Below are positions 1-10,760 of a DNA stretch of 64,000 nucleotides, in pieces. The notes under the pieces are model-generated. The model was not told the origin of the DNA. It ran no database searches and saw only the letters and a list, made by a program, of their open reading frames with translations. The stretch is from positions 4,417 to 68,416 of the forward strand of contig JAZLFH010000012.1 of the NCBI GenBank assembly GCA_045615705.1, written 5' to 3'. Source of the DNA: Clostridia bacterium. GTDB lineage: Bacteria; Bacillota; Clostridia; UMGS1883. Made by a program: the position numbers and the translations under genes. Each line of letters begins with the position of its first letter. The first letter of the stretch is position 1.

Positions 1-548
1 CAATAGAAGGCGTTGGCGATGTAAATCTGCGTATGTCTGTTTATTTCTTTGAAAAAGTAAACGAAGCAGGAATTAAGACACACTATGTAAGTGCCGATAT
101 CGACAATACGACAATGGAAGTTTTACCTGCAAAAGTTTTCGGTAAAGGTTTGGAAGTTATCTGCCGTCACAAGGCAGTAGGAAGTTTCTACCGTCGTTAC
201 AGCGACTACATTGAAGAAGGAGCAGACCTTCCGCAGTATGTCGAAATGACATTTAAAAATGACGACAAGGGCGACCCGCTTGTAACAAAGGACGGCTTGG
301 TTGACCTTAAAATTATGAGCGAAAAGCAGTACGATGACATTAAGACTATGACACAGAAAATCACTAAGATTGTAGCAGACGATTTAGAAAGCAAAGGACT
401 TATTCTTTACGATATCAAGTTTGAGTTCGGCTACGACAAAGACGGAAATGTAATGCTTATAGACGAAATCGCATCGGGAAATATGAGAGTATACAAAGAC
501 GGAGAATATGTTGACCCCATGACACTTTCAAAACTTTTCTTTGCATAA
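1..548 (+). CDS. purC: SAICAR synthetase, 5'-truncated by the window edge
   Basis: The frame is open from the left edge ([28 protein letters not shown]...). The C-terminal sequence [16 protein letters not shown] is PurC-type. It is the first gene of a pur cluster. Confidence 0.85.
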   Translation, partial: IEGVGDVNLRMSVYFFEKVNEAGIKTHYVSADIDNTTMEVLPAKVFGKGLEVICRHKAVGSFYRRYSDYIEEGADLPQYVEMTFKNDDKGDPLVTKDGLVDLKIMSEKQYDDIKTMTQKITKIVADDLESKGLILYDIKFEFGYDKDGNVMLIDEIASGNMRVYKDGEYVDPMTLSKLFFA

Positions 549-575
549 TATAAAAAATCTAAAAGGAGAAAACTT

Positions 576-2003
576 ATGGGTGGCTTTTTCGGTGCGGTCG
601 GAAAAGAAAATGTAATGAGCGATGTCTTTTTCGGCACAGACTATCATTCACATCTCGGCACAAAGACTGCCGGTATGGCGGCATACAGTAAAAAGTTGGG
701 TATTCAGCGAAGTATTCACAATATTTCAAATTCGCCGTTTCGTACAAAGTTTGAAGGAATTTTGGAAGAGATGGAAGGGACGGCTGCAATAGGTTCTATA
801 AACGATACCGACCCGCAACCTCTTATAATTAAGTCAAAACTCGGTTCTTACGCACTTTTGACCGTTGGAACTATAAACAATATTGACGAACTTGTGAAAA
901 AGTGCTTTTCAATGTCTAACTGTCAGTTTACGACAAAGTCGGGCGGCGGAGTAAATACAACAGAGTTGATATCCGCACTTATTAACCAAAAGTCAAGTAT
1001 TGAAGAGGGAATAGAGTTTGCCCAAGATTTAATTGACGGTACAGCTGTAATTGTTATTCTCACCGACAGAAATTCTATTATTTCTGCAAGAGATAAGACA
1101 GGGAGACTTCCCGTGCATATAGGTAAGAGCAAAAAGGGACACTGTGTTTCGTTTGAAAACTTTGCCTATGAAAAACTCGGCTATGAAACGGAATATGAGT
1201 TAAAGCCCGGGGAAATTGCAGAAGTCTTTCCGGACGAAGTAAAAATACTAAAAAAAGGAAGCGAAGATATGCAGATATGTTCGTTCCTTTGGTCGTACTA
1301 CGGGTTCCCCACATCAGAGTATGAAAAAATTAATGTTGAGGTTATGAGATGCCGTAACGGTGAAATCTTGGCACAGAATGACATTGATAACAATATGCTG
1401 CCCGATGTTGACTTTGTAGCAGGTGTTCCGGATTCCGGTACTCCTCATGCGATAGGTTACGCAAACAGGAGCCATATTCCTTTTGCCCGTCCGTTCATAA
1501 AATATACTCCCACTTGGCCGAGGAGTTTTATGCCTTCGAGTCAGACGGAGAGAAATCGTATAGCAAAGATGAAGCAAATCCCGATAAATGAACTGATTCA
1601 CGGCAAAAACCTCTTGTTTGTTGACGATTCCATCGTAAGAGGAACACAAATCAGAGAAACCGTAGAATTTTTATACGAGTGCGGTGCAAAATCAGTGCAT
1701 ATGAGGTCTGCGTGTCCTCCGATTTTATACGGTTGTAAATACTTAAACTTTTCCCGTTCCACAAGCGATATGGAACTCATTACCCGTGCTACGATAATGG
1801 AACTTGAAGGCGAAGAGGGAATGAAATATCTTCTTGAATACAGCGACAGAAACACGGAACGCGGTAAAAATTTAAGAAAGAAAATTTGTGAAAAATTACA
1901 CTTGGCATCACTTGAATTTCAGACAATAGAAGGACTTCAAAAGGCGATAGGTCTTGATAAATGCAAACTTTGTACATATTGTTGGGACGGAAAGGAAAAG
2001 TAA
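576..2003 (+). CDS. purF: amidophosphoribosyltransferase homolog (PurF-like) with Gly in place of the N-terminal catalytic Cys
   Basis: 475 aa. The PRTase region reads [13 protein letters not shown] and the C-terminal Cys cluster reads CKLCTYCW. An AAAGGAG RBS precedes ATG 576. The N-terminus is MGGFFG rather than the usual M-C-G-(I/V)-x-G. Confidence 0.85.
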   Translation: MGGFFGAVGKENVMSDVFFGTDYHSHLGTKTAGMAAYSKKLGIQRSIHNISNSPFRTKFEGILEEMEGTAAIGSINDTDPQPLIIKSKLGSYALLTVGTINNIDELVKKCFSMSNCQFTTKSGGGVNTTELISALINQKSSIEEGIEFAQDLIDGTAVIVILTDRNSIISARDKTGRLPVHIGKSKKGHCVSFENFAYEKLGYETEYELKPGEIAEVFPDEVKILKKGSEDMQICSFLWSYYGFPTSEYEKINVEVMRCRNGEILAQNDIDNNMLPDVDFVAGVPDSGTPHAIGYANRSHIPFARPFIKYTPTWPRSFMPSSQTERNRIAKMKQIPINELIHGKNLLFVDDSIVRGTQIRETVEFLYECGAKSVHMRSACPPILYGCKYLNFSRSTSDMELITRATIMELEGEEGMKYLLEYSDRNTERGKNLRKKICEKLHLASLEFQTIEGLQKAIGLDKCKLCTYCWDGKEK

Positions 2004-2004
2004 A

Positions 2005-3045
2005 ATGATAGAAAATTCCAAATCGGAAGCCTATGCATCTGCGGGAGTTGATATAACCGCAGGATATAAGGCTGTTGAACTTATGAAAAAGCACATAAAA
2101 ACCACACTTACCAAAGGAGCATGCTCCGATGTCGGCGGGTTCGGCGGACTTTTTGAACTTGATTTAGAAGGGATTTCAAAGCCTATTTTGGTCAGCGGAA
2201 CGGACGGAGTCGGCACGAAATTAAAACTTGCATTTTTGCTGGACAAGCACGACACGGTCGGTATTGACTGCGTGGCAATGTGCGTAAACGACATAATTTG
2301 TTGCGGAGCAAAGCCGTTGTTTTTCTTGGATTATATTGCCTGCGGAAAAAATGTACCCGAAAGGATAGCGGATATTGTCAGCGGAGTTTGTAAGGGTTGC
2401 GTAATGTCGGGAGCGGCATTAATCGGCGGAGAAACTGCGGAAATGCCGGGATTTTACCCCGAAAACGAGTATGACCTTGCGGGATATTCTACCGGAATTG
2501 TCGATAAGGACAAGGTAATAGACAACACAAAGATGAAAGAGGGCGATGTTATCATTGCTCTTCCGTCAAGCGGAGTTCATTCAAACGGATTTTCGCTTGT
2601 AAGAAAAGTTTTTGATGTTGAACATAAAGACTTAAACAGAAAATATGACTGCCTTGACAAACCTTTGGGTGAAACTCTTTTAACGCCCACAAAAATCTAT
2701 GTCAAGCCTGTTTTGGCACTTCTTAAAGAAGTGGAAGTTAAAGGAATTTCTCACATTACGGGCGGTGGATTTTACGAGAACATACCGAGAAGTATTCCCG
2801 ATGGCTTGGGTGCGGTAATTGATAAGAAAAGCATAAGAGTCCTTCCTATATTTGACCTTATCAAAAAAGAGGGAAATATCTCGGAAAGAGATATGTACAA
2901 CACATACAATATGGGCGTGGGCATGAGTATAGTTTTGGCGAAGGAAAACGAAGAAAAAGCCCTTAAAATTTTAAAAGAAAACGGCGAAGATGCCTATGTA
3001 ATCGGGAAAATTGCAAAAATGGAAAACAAGATAGAAATACGCTGA
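2005..3045 (+). CDS. purM: AIR synthetase
   Basis: Motifs GGFGGLF and DGVGTK match the PurM family. I chose ATG 2005, just after the purF stop, over the track start at 1954, which lies inside purF. Confidence 0.95.
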   Translation: MIENSKSEAYASAGVDITAGYKAVELMKKHIKTTLTKGACSDVGGFGGLFELDLEGISKPILVSGTDGVGTKLKLAFLLDKHDTVGIDCVAMCVNDIICCGAKPLFFLDYIACGKNVPERIADIVSGVCKGCVMSGAALIGGETAEMPGFYPENEYDLAGYSTGIVDKDKVIDNTKMKEGDVIIALPSSGVHSNGFSLVRKVFDVEHKDLNRKYDCLDKPLGETLLTPTKIYVKPVLALLKEVEVKGISHITGGGFYENIPRSIPDGLGAVIDKKSIRVLPIFDLIKKEGNISERDMYNTYNMGVGMSIVLAKENEEKALKILKENGEDAYVIGKIAKMENKIEIR

Positions 3046-3152
3046 GCATATCTTTAAGTAACTTGTTAAACTTTTAATCTTTCGGTGATTCATTTCTTCT
3101 TTTTCGGCAATAAGCTTTTGTACGCCGATAAATTTTTATGCAGGAGTTAAAA

Positions 3153-3770
3153 ATGAGAAACGATAAAGTAGCAATTGCGGTCTTGGTGTCGGGTGGCGGA
3201 ACAAACCTCCAAGCACTTATTGACTCTCAGAAAAAAGGAATATTAAAGAGCGGAGAAATTTCGCTTGTTATATCAAATAATGAAGATGCCTATGCCCTGA
3301 AAAGGGCAAAGGATAATAATATTAAATCTGCCATAATAACAAAAAAAGAATTCGGGACGCGTGAAAACATAGAAAAAGAGATAATAAAAGTTATTGAGAA
3401 TGAAAATATTGACTTAATAATTTTGGCAGGATTTATGACTATTCTTTCAAAGGACTTTACAAAGAAATTTGAAAAAAGGATTTTAAATGTACATCCTTCT
3501 CTTATTCCGTCATTTTGCGGAGAGGGATACTTCGGACTCCGTGTACACGAAGAAGCACTGAAAAAGGGAGTAAAGGTTACCGGTGCAACCGTGCATTTTG
3601 TAAATGAAATTCCGGACGGCGGAGAAATCATTATGCAAAAAGCTGTAAAAGTATTAGATAACGACACGCCAAAAACTCTTCAAAAAAGGGTTATGCGTAT
3701 TGCCGAGTGGAAGATACTCCCGATGTCGGCAGAAATGATTTCACAAAAAATTATTGCGAAGGAGATATAA
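3153..3770 (+). CDS. purN: GAR formyltransferase
   Basis: Motifs VLVSGGGTNLQALID and NVHPSLIP are present. ATG 3153 follows a CAGGAG RBS. Confidence 0.9.
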   Translation: MRNDKVAIAVLVSGGGTNLQALIDSQKKGILKSGEISLVISNNEDAYALKRAKDNNIKSAIITKKEFGTRENIEKEIIKVIENENIDLIILAGFMTILSKDFTKKFEKRILNVHPSLIPSFCGEGYFGLRVHEEALKKGVKVTGATVHFVNEIPDGGEIIMQKAVKVLDNDTPKTLQKRVMRIAEWKILPMSAEMISQKIIAKEI

Positions 3771-3772
3771 AA

Positions 3773-4492
3773 ATGAATGTTTATAAGACAGACAAAATCG
3801 AAGAACTCATTTTGGGAAATTCCTATGTCGGCAGAGGTATTGTAATAGGAAAAACCAAAGACGGAAAGAATGCGTGCAGTGCTTATTTTATTATGGGACG
3901 CTCTCAAAACAGCCGTAACAGAGTGTTTTTAGAGAAAAACGGTGAGGTTTTTACAGAGCCTTTTGATGCTTCAAAGGTGGAAGACCCAAGCCTTATAATT
4001 TACAGTGCAATAAGAAAATTTGAGAACAAATTAATCGTTACAAACGGCAATCAGACCGACACGATTTATGATTTCATAAAGGAAAACAAGACTTTTAAAG
4101 AAGCACTTGAAACGAGAGAGTTTGAACCGGATGCACCCAATTTCACACCAAGAATCAGCGGTATATTAGAGTTTAAGAATAACGATTTTACATACGAAAT
4201 GAGCATACTTAAAAGTGCGGATGAAGTAGGAAGTGCCTGCAATCGCTACACATTTTCCTACACTCCGTTAAACGGAGTGGGACACTTTATTCATACATAT
4301 ATAGGGGACGGGAATCCGCTTCCGACATTTATGGGCGAACCCGAAAGAGTTGAAATCGGAAACGACATTGACGAGTTTACAAACACTCTTTGGGACGCAC
4401 TTGACCACGAAAACAGAATTTCACTTTATGTCAGATACACAAACCTTGAAACAGGAAAAGAAGAAAACAGGCTTATAAATCTTAATAAGTGA
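3773..4492 (+). CDS. IMP cyclohydrolase, PurO-like (archaeal type)
   Basis: The N-terminus YVGRGIVIGKTKDG...AYFIMGRSQNSRNR resembles the IMP_cyclohyd family. It sits directly upstream of an AICARFT-only gene. Confidence 0.7.
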   Translation: MNVYKTDKIEELILGNSYVGRGIVIGKTKDGKNACSAYFIMGRSQNSRNRVFLEKNGEVFTEPFDASKVEDPSLIIYSAIRKFENKLIVTNGNQTDTIYDFIKENKTFKEALETREFEPDAPNFTPRISGILEFKNNDFTYEMSILKSADEVGSACNRYTFSYTPLNGVGHFIHTYIGDGNPLPTFMGEPERVEIGNDIDEFTNTLWDALDHENRISLYVRYTNLETGKEENRLINLNK

Positions 4493-4502
4493 GGAAAATG
4501 AA

Positions 4503-5687
4503 ATGAAAGAATTTGAATTAAAATACGGTTGTAACCCAAACCAAAAGCCTTCAAAAATTTTTATGCAAAATGGCAGTGACCTACCCATTGAAATCTTAAA
4601 CGGCAGACCGGGTTTTATAAACTTTTTGGATGCGTTTAATTCCTGGCAACTTGTAAAGGAATTAAAAGAGGCAACAGGACTTTGTGCGGTTACATCTTTT
4701 AAGCATGTAAGCCCCACATCGGCAGCGGTAGGATTACCGCTTTCGGATAAACTTAAAAGAGCCTGCTTCGTTGACGATATAAAAGACCTTGATAAATCAC
4801 CTCTTGCCTGTGCTTATGCAAGAGCGAGAGGAACCGACAGAATGTGCTCGTTCGGAGATTGGGTAGCACTTTCCGATACTTGTGATGAAATCACCGCAAG
4901 CATGATTAAAAGAGAGGTTTCGGACGGTGTCATTGCACCGGGATATACGGATAAGGCACTTGAAATCTTAAAAACAAAGAGAAACGGCAACTATAACATC
5001 GTAAAAATTGACGAAAATTATGTACCCGAAGAAATTGAGCATAAAGATGTTTTCGGAATTACATTTGAGCAGGGCAGAAACAATTTTAAGATAAACAAAG
5101 AACTTTTGGAAAATGTCGTTACAAAGAATAAGACTCTTCCCGAATCCGCAATAAGAGACCTTATTATTTCTCTTATAACACTTAAATACACACAGTCAAA
5201 TTCAGTTTGTTTTGCCTATGACGGACAAGCAATCGGTGTGGGTGCGGGACAACAGTCAAGAATTCACTGTACCCGATTAGCGGGAAGCAAGGCGGATACT
5301 TGGTTTTTGCGTCAGTGCGACAAGGTTTTAAACCTTCCGTTTAAAGAAGACATTAAAAGAGCGGACAGAGATAATGTAATTGACGGTTATATTAATAAAA
5401 ACGAGGAAGATGTATGTCAAGACGGCGTTTGGCAGAAGTTCTTTACTTCCCGTCCGGAACCTCTTACAGAGGAAGAAGCGAAAGCCTATCTTTCGACCAT
5501 TGACGGCGTTTCGCTCGGTTCTGACGCATTTTTCCCGTTTTCGGACAACATTGAAAGGGCTAAGAGAAGCGGTGTAAAATATGTCGCAGAACCCGGTGGC
5601 TCCATAAGAGACGATTTGGTAATTGAATGTGCTGATAAATACGGTATGGCAATGGCGTTTACGGGTATGCGTCTTTTCCATCATTAA
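4503..5687 (+). CDS. purH: AICAR formyltransferase (PurH C-terminal domain only, no MGS/IMPCH domain)
   Basis: LKYGCNPNQ is near the N-terminus. The canonical C-terminus reads SDAFFPFSDNIERAKRSGVKYVAEPGGSIRDD...FTGMRLFHH. Confidence 0.85.
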   Translation: MKEFELKYGCNPNQKPSKIFMQNGSDLPIEILNGRPGFINFLDAFNSWQLVKELKEATGLCAVTSFKHVSPTSAAVGLPLSDKLKRACFVDDIKDLDKSPLACAYARARGTDRMCSFGDWVALSDTCDEITASMIKREVSDGVIAPGYTDKALEILKTKRNGNYNIVKIDENYVPEEIEHKDVFGITFEQGRNNFKINKELLENVVTKNKTLPESAIRDLIISLITLKYTQSNSVCFAYDGQAIGVGAGQQSRIHCTRLAGSKADTWFLRQCDKVLNLPFKEDIKRADRDNVIDGYINKNEEDVCQDGVWQKFFTSRPEPLTEEEAKAYLSTIDGVSLGSDAFFPFSDNIERAKRSGVKYVAEPGGSIRDDLVIECADKYGMAMAFTGMRLFHH

Positions 5688-5699
5688 TGGGTGATATTT

Positions 5700-6974
5700 A
5701 TGAAACTGCTTGTTGTAGGAAGTGGCGGCAGAGAACACGCCATGATAAAAAAGTTAAAAGAGAATAAGAGTGTTGACAAAATTTTTGCAGTCCCCGGCAA
5801 CGGCGGGATGAAAGATGATGCGGAGTGCGTGCAAATTTCGGCTACCGACATTGAAAAAATAGTCGATTTTGCAGTTAAAAACGAAATCGACTATGCTGTC
5901 GTTGCTCCCGATGACCCACTTGTTTTGGGCTTGGTTGATGCATTGGAGGAAAAAAACATTCCTTCATTCGGTCCCAAAAAAGATGCTGCCATAATTGAGG
6001 GGAGTAAGATTTTTTCAAAAAATCTCATGAAAAAATATAATATCCCGACTGCCGAATACGAGGTTTTTGAAGATGTAAAAAAAGCACTTGATTATGTAAA
6101 AGAATGCAAAATTCCTACCGTTATCAAGGCGGACGGATTAGCACTCGGCAAGGGAGTAATTATCGCACAGACAAGGCAGGAAGCGGAAAATGCGATAAAT
6201 GAAATGATGAACGACAAAAAATTCGGAAAAAGCGGTGAAAAAATCGTTATTGAAGAATTCTTGGAAGGCCCGGAAGTGTCCGTGCTTGCTTTTACTGACG
6301 GAAAAACTATTGTGCCTATGGTTTCATCAATGGACCACAAAAGAGCAGGAGATGACGACACGGGTTTAAATACCGGCGGTATGGGAACGGTTGCACCAAA
6401 TCCGTACTACACGGAAAAAATTCAAAAAGAGTGTATGGAAAAAATCTTTATTCCCACAATGAACGCCATGAATAAAGAGGGAAGAACATTTAAAGGTTGC
6501 CTTTATTTCGGACTTATGATAACTTCAAGCGGAGCAAAGGTGATAGAGTATAACTGCCGTTTCGGAGACCCCGAAACTCAGGTTGTACTTCCTCTTTTAA
6601 AAAGCGACCTTTTAACCGTTATGCAGGCAGTTACAAACGAAAAACTTTCAAGCGTGGAAGTAAAAATAAGCACCGAGAGTGCGTGCTGTGTAATTATGGC
6701 GTCAAAGGGATATCCGCAAAGTTACGAAAAAGGATATGAAATTAAAATCCCGAGTGAATTAAAAGACTTTGTTTATGTAGCGGGAGCAAGAGAAGAAGAA
6801 GGAAAACTTCTCACAAACGGCGGAAGAGTTTTGGGCGTAACATCAACGGCGGACAGTTTAAAAGATGCGATAAAACTTTCGTATGAAAGAGTTAAAAAAA
6901 TATCTTTCGATAATGCGTATTACCGCAGTGATATAGGAAAGAGAGCCTTAGAGGCAAAGGAGCCGATTAAATGA
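5700..6974 (+). CDS. purD: GAR synthetase
   Basis: MKLLVVGSGGREHA and an ATP-grasp region with GGMG point to PurD. The gene sits inside the pur operon. Confidence 0.95.
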   Translation: MKLLVVGSGGREHAMIKKLKENKSVDKIFAVPGNGGMKDDAECVQISATDIEKIVDFAVKNEIDYAVVAPDDPLVLGLVDALEEKNIPSFGPKKDAAIIEGSKIFSKNLMKKYNIPTAEYEVFEDVKKALDYVKECKIPTVIKADGLALGKGVIIAQTRQEAENAINEMMNDKKFGKSGEKIVIEEFLEGPEVSVLAFTDGKTIVPMVSSMDHKRAGDDDTGLNTGGMGTVAPNPYYTEKIQKECMEKIFIPTMNAMNKEGRTFKGCLYFGLMITSSGAKVIEYNCRFGDPETQVVLPLLKSDLLTVMQAVTNEKLSSVEVKISTESACCVIMASKGYPQSYEKGYEIKIPSELKDFVYVAGAREEEGKLLTNGGRVLGVTSTADSLKDAIKLSYERVKKISFDNAYYRSDIGKRALEAKEPIK

Positions 6975-9900
6975 TTTACAGAGTATTTGCAGAAAAAAAG
7001 AAAGAACTTGCACACGAAGCAAAATCACTGCTTTTTGAGGCAAGAAATCTTTTGGGAATAAAAAGCCTTACCGATGTCAGAATTTTTAACAGATATGATG
7101 TAGAGGGCATATCAAAAGAACTTTTTGAAAAAGCAAAGAAAAATGTTTTCTCAGAACCTCAGCTTGACATCGTAACAGATTCTGTTGATATAAATGATGC
7201 ATATCTTTTTGCGGTTGAATATCTGCCCGGACAGTTTGACCAAAGGGCTGATTCCGCATCTCAATGCATACAGATTATGTCGTGTGCTGCTCGTCCCACA
7301 ATCCGCAGTGCAAAGGTATATGCACTTTACGGAAATCTTTGCGATAAAGAAATAGAAAAGATTAAAAAGTATGTTATAAATCCCGTTGAAGCAAGAGAAG
7401 CAGACCTGAAAATGCCTGATACCTTGGACATTAAATACAATGTTCCCAAAGAAGTTATGACACTTGACGGATTTATAAATCTTGACGATAACGGAATAGA
7501 CAATTTTTTAAAAGACTATTCTTTGGCAATGGATTCTAACGATTTAAAGTTTTGCAGGGACTATTTTAAAAGCGAAAACAGAAATCCCACAATTACGGAA
7601 ATCAGAATGATAGACACTTATTGGTCAGACCATTGCAGACACACGACATTTTTGACAGTTATAGACAGCGTTAAATTTGAAGACGAACTTTTACAAAATG
7701 CGTATAATGAGTATTTAAAGACAAGAGAAGAAGTCGGCGATAAAAAGAAAATTTGCCTGATGGACTTGGCAACCGTTGCGGTAAAATACTTAAAAAAAGA
7801 AGGAAAACTTCAAAAACTTGATGAAAGCGAAGAAATCAACGCCTGTACAGTTAAAATTGATGTAGAAGTTGACGGTAAAGAAGAAAAATGGCTTCTTTTA
7901 TTTAAAAATGAAACGCACAACCACCCGACAGAAATTGAGCCTTTCGGCGGTGCGGCAACCTGTATAGGCGGAGCAATTCGTGATCCCCTCTCCGGAAGAG
8001 CGTATGTATACGGTGCAATGCGTGTAACGGGAGCGGGAGACCCTTTAAAGCCTATTGACGAAACAATCGAAGGAAAACTCCCTCAGAGAAAAATCGTTAC
8101 AACTGCGGCATCGGGATATTCTTCGTACGGAAATCAGATAGGTATTGCAACGGGAATAGTAGATGAAATTTACCACAGCGGATATTGTGCCAAAAGAATG
8201 GAAATCGGTGCGGTTATTGCGGCGGCACCGTGCGAAAATGTAAGAAGGGAAGTTCCTTCTCCCGGAGATGTGGTTTTCTTGTTGGGCGGAGCGACAGGCA
8301 GAGACGGGTGCGGCGGAGCGACAGGCTCATCAAAATCGCACACATCAAAATCGCTTGAAACTTGCGGTGCGGAAGTACAAAAAGGAAACGCACCCGAAGA
8401 AAGAAAACTTCAAAGATTATTCAGAAACAAAACTGCTTGCCAAATGATAAAGCGGTGCAACGATTTTGGTGCCGGCGGTGTATCGGTAGCAATCGGCGAA
8501 CTTGCAGACGGTCTTGTGATTGACCTTGACAAAGTACCTAAAAAATACGAAGGTTTGGACGGAACGGAACTCGCAATTTCGGAGAGCCAAGAGCGTATGG
8601 CGGTAGTTGTTGAGGATAAAAACAAGGAAAAATTCTTGGAGTTGGCAAATAGCGAAAACTTGTCGGCGTGTATCGTTGCAAAGGTTACAAAAGAACCTCG
8701 CCTTGTTATGAATTGGAACGGCAAGAAAATTGTTGATATAAGCCGTGAGTTTTTAAATTCAAACGGAGCGGATAAGCATATAGATGCAGTGGCAGAAAAA
8801 CCGCTTCCGATAGAAAAGGAAGTAAACGGCGGATTTTTAAAGAATTACAGTGAATTAGCCGAGGATTTAAATATTTGCTCTAAAAGAGGGTTGAGTGAAA
8901 GATTTGATTCTACAATAGGTGCAGGAACTGTTCTTATGCCGTTTGGCGGAAAAAATCAATTAACGCCCATTCAAGCGATGGTGCAAAAAATTTCCGTTGA
9001 GAAAAAGCACACCGATACGGTATCTCTTATGTCATTCGGATTTAACCCGTTTATTTCGGAAAAAAGTCCGTACCACGGTGCATATCTGGCGGTTGTTGAG
9101 TCTGTGTGCAAACTGATTGCAACAGGTGCGGATTTTAAAGATGTTTATTTGACTTTCCAGGAATACTTTGAACATCTCGGCAAAAACGCCAAGAGTTGGG
9201 GCAAACCTCTTTCGGCACTTTTGGGTGCTTTTATGGCACAGAAGGAACTTCAAATAGCATCAATCGGCGGAAAAGACTCAATGAGCGGTTCGTTTGAGGA
9301 TTTACATGTACCGCCGACACTTGTTTCCTTTGCGGTAACCACATCAAAGACGGACAGAATTGTTTCTAACGAGTTTAAAAAGGCGAAAAATAAGGTTTAT
9401 CTTATAAAGCCGGAGTATAAAAACTCAATTCCAAAAACACAATCGCTTTTAAAAGTGTTTGAAAAGGTTTCCAAACTTTTAAAAGATAATAAGGCACTCT
9501 CCTGCTATACCCTCGGTATGGGCGGAATTGCGGAAGCCGTTATGAAGATGTGCTTCGGCAACGGATTCGGGTTTAAATTTAATGAAGAACTTGACGAAAA
9601 AACACTTTTCTCCTACCTTTACGGCGGGTTTGTTGTGGAAACTGACGGAAGCGAAGAGATAGGCACATATATCGGCGAAATAACGGAAAATAAAGAATTT
9701 GTAAAAGGAAACGAAAAAATTTCCTATGACGAACTTCTGGAAAAATACGAGGGCAAACTTGAAAGTGTATATTCTTCTAACATTAAAAATGCAGGGAAAG
9801 AGCCAAAGACTTATTCGTATTTTTCAAAAGAGAAAAAATCCGCCGTCATTAAATGTGCAAAGCCAAAAGTTTTGATTCCGGTATTTCCGGGTACGAACTG

Positions 9901-10657
9901 TGAATTTGACAGTGCAAAGGCAGTTACGGACGCGGGCGGAGATGCGGAGATATTTGTAATAAACAACCTGACTCCCGAAGGTGTTTTACGAAGCACGGAA
10001 AAATTTGCCGAGTTATTGAAAAATTCTCAGATTGTGTTTATCCCCGGCGGATTTTCGGGCGGTGATGAACCGGACGGAAGCGGAAAGTTTATTACGGCAT
10101 TTTTCAGAAATGAAATAATTAAAGAAGAAGTTTCAAACCTTTTGGATAAAAGGGACGGACTTATGTGCGGTATCTGTAACGGATTTCAGGCACTTATAAA
10201 ACTCGGATTGGTGCCATACGGAAAGATAACGGATACCGATGAAAATTCTCCCACTCTTACATTTAACACAATAGGCAGACACCAGTCGAGAATTGTAAGA
10301 ACCAGAATTGCATCAAATAAATCTCCGTGGCTTTCAAATGTAAATGTGGGCGATATAATAAATGTTCCCATTTCACACGGCGAAGGACGGTTTTTGGCAA
10401 GTGAAAAAGTTATTGCAGAACTCGAAAAAAACGGTCAGATTGCAACTCAGTATGTCGATTTAGAAGGTAAAGCAACAACTGATATTCACTTTAATCCAAA
10501 CGACTCGCTCTGTGCCATTGAGGGTATTTTGTCACCGGACGGCAGAGTTTTCGGAAAGATGGGACACAGCGAAAGAATAGGAAGCGGACTTTATAAAAAT
10601 GTCTGCGGTAACTACGATATTAAAATGTTTAAATCGGCAATAGAATATTTTAAATGA
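6971..10657 (+). CDS. purL: FGAM synthase, large single-chain form
   Basis: 1228 aa. It has duplicated AIRS-like domains and a C-terminal GATase (GICNGFQ, HGEGRF). Its start overlaps the purD stop. Confidence 0.95.
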   Translation: MIYRVFAEKKKELAHEAKSLLFEARNLLGIKSLTDVRIFNRYDVEGISKELFEKAKKNVFSEPQLDIVTDSVDINDAYLFAVEYLPGQFDQRADSASQCIQIMSCAARPTIRSAKVYALYGNLCDKEIEKIKKYVINPVEAREADLKMPDTLDIKYNVPKEVMTLDGFINLDDNGIDNFLKDYSLAMDSNDLKFCRDYFKSENRNPTITEIRMIDTYWSDHCRHTTFLTVIDSVKFEDELLQNAYNEYLKTREEVGDKKKICLMDLATVAVKYLKKEGKLQKLDESEEINACTVKIDVEVDGKEEKWLLLFKNETHNHPTEIEPFGGAATCIGGAIRDPLSGRAYVYGAMRVTGAGDPLKPIDETIEGKLPQRKIVTTAASGYSSYGNQIGIATGIVDEIYHSGYCAKRMEIGAVIAAAPCENVRREVPSPGDVVFLLGGATGRDGCGGATGSSKSHTSKSLETCGAEVQKGNAPEERKLQRLFRNKTACQMIKRCNDFGAGGVSVAIGELADGLVIDLDKVPKKYEGLDGTELAISESQERMAVVVEDKNKEKFLELANSENLSACIVAKVTKEPRLVMNWNGKKIVDISREFLNSNGADKHIDAVAEKPLPIEKEVNGGFLKNYSELAEDLNICSKRGLSERFDSTIGAGTVLMPFGGKNQLTPIQAMVQKISVEKKHTDTVSLMSFGFNPFISEKSPYHGAYLAVVESVCKLIATGADFKDVYLTFQEYFEHLGKNAKSWGKPLSALLGAFMAQKELQIASIGGKDSMSGSFEDLHVPPTLVSFAVTTSKTDRIVSNEFKKAKNKVYLIKPEYKNSIPKTQSLLKVFEKVSKLLKDNKALSCYTLGMGGIAEAVMKMCFGNGFGFKFNEELDEKTLFSYLYGGFVVETDGSEEIGTYIGEITENKEFVKGNEKISYDELLEKYEGKLESVYSSNIKNAGKEPKTYSYFSKEKKSAVIKCAKPKVLIPVFPGTNCEFDSAKAVTDAGGDAEIFVINNLTPEGVLRSTEKFAELLKNSQIVFIPGGFSGGDEPDGSGKFITAFFRNEIIKEEVSNLLDKRDGLMCGICNGFQALIKLGLVPYGKITDTDENSPTLTFNTIGRHQSRIVRTRIASNKSPWLSNVNVGDIINVPISHGEGRFLASEKVIAELEKNGQIATQYVDLEGKATTDIHFNPNDSLCAIEGILSPDGRVFGKMGHSERIGSGLYKNVCGNYDIKMFKSAIEYFK

Positions 10658-10707
10658 CACTATAAACTAACCGACCGCATAAAAAGTAAAAAAAGATAAA
10701 AAAAGTA

Positions 10708-10746
10708 ATATGCACCCCGAAAGCGTGTGACTTTTGGGGTGCATAT
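10708..10746. terminator. bidirectional hairpin between convergent purL and nrdR
   Basis: The stem is ATATGCACCCC ... GGGGTGCATAT (11 bp), with A-rich sequence upstream and T-rich sequence downstream. Confidence 0.6.
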
Positions 10747-10760
10747 CATTTACAGTTTTT

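Noticed and set aside
1954-2004. Upstream track starts for purM (1954), GerMN (14873), the methyltransferase (27049), the flavoprotein (27840), HutP (29056), the dipeptidase (37822) and tyrS (47787)
   Set aside because: Each would overlap the preceding gene substantially. Internal starts with good RBS immediately after the upstream stop fit better.
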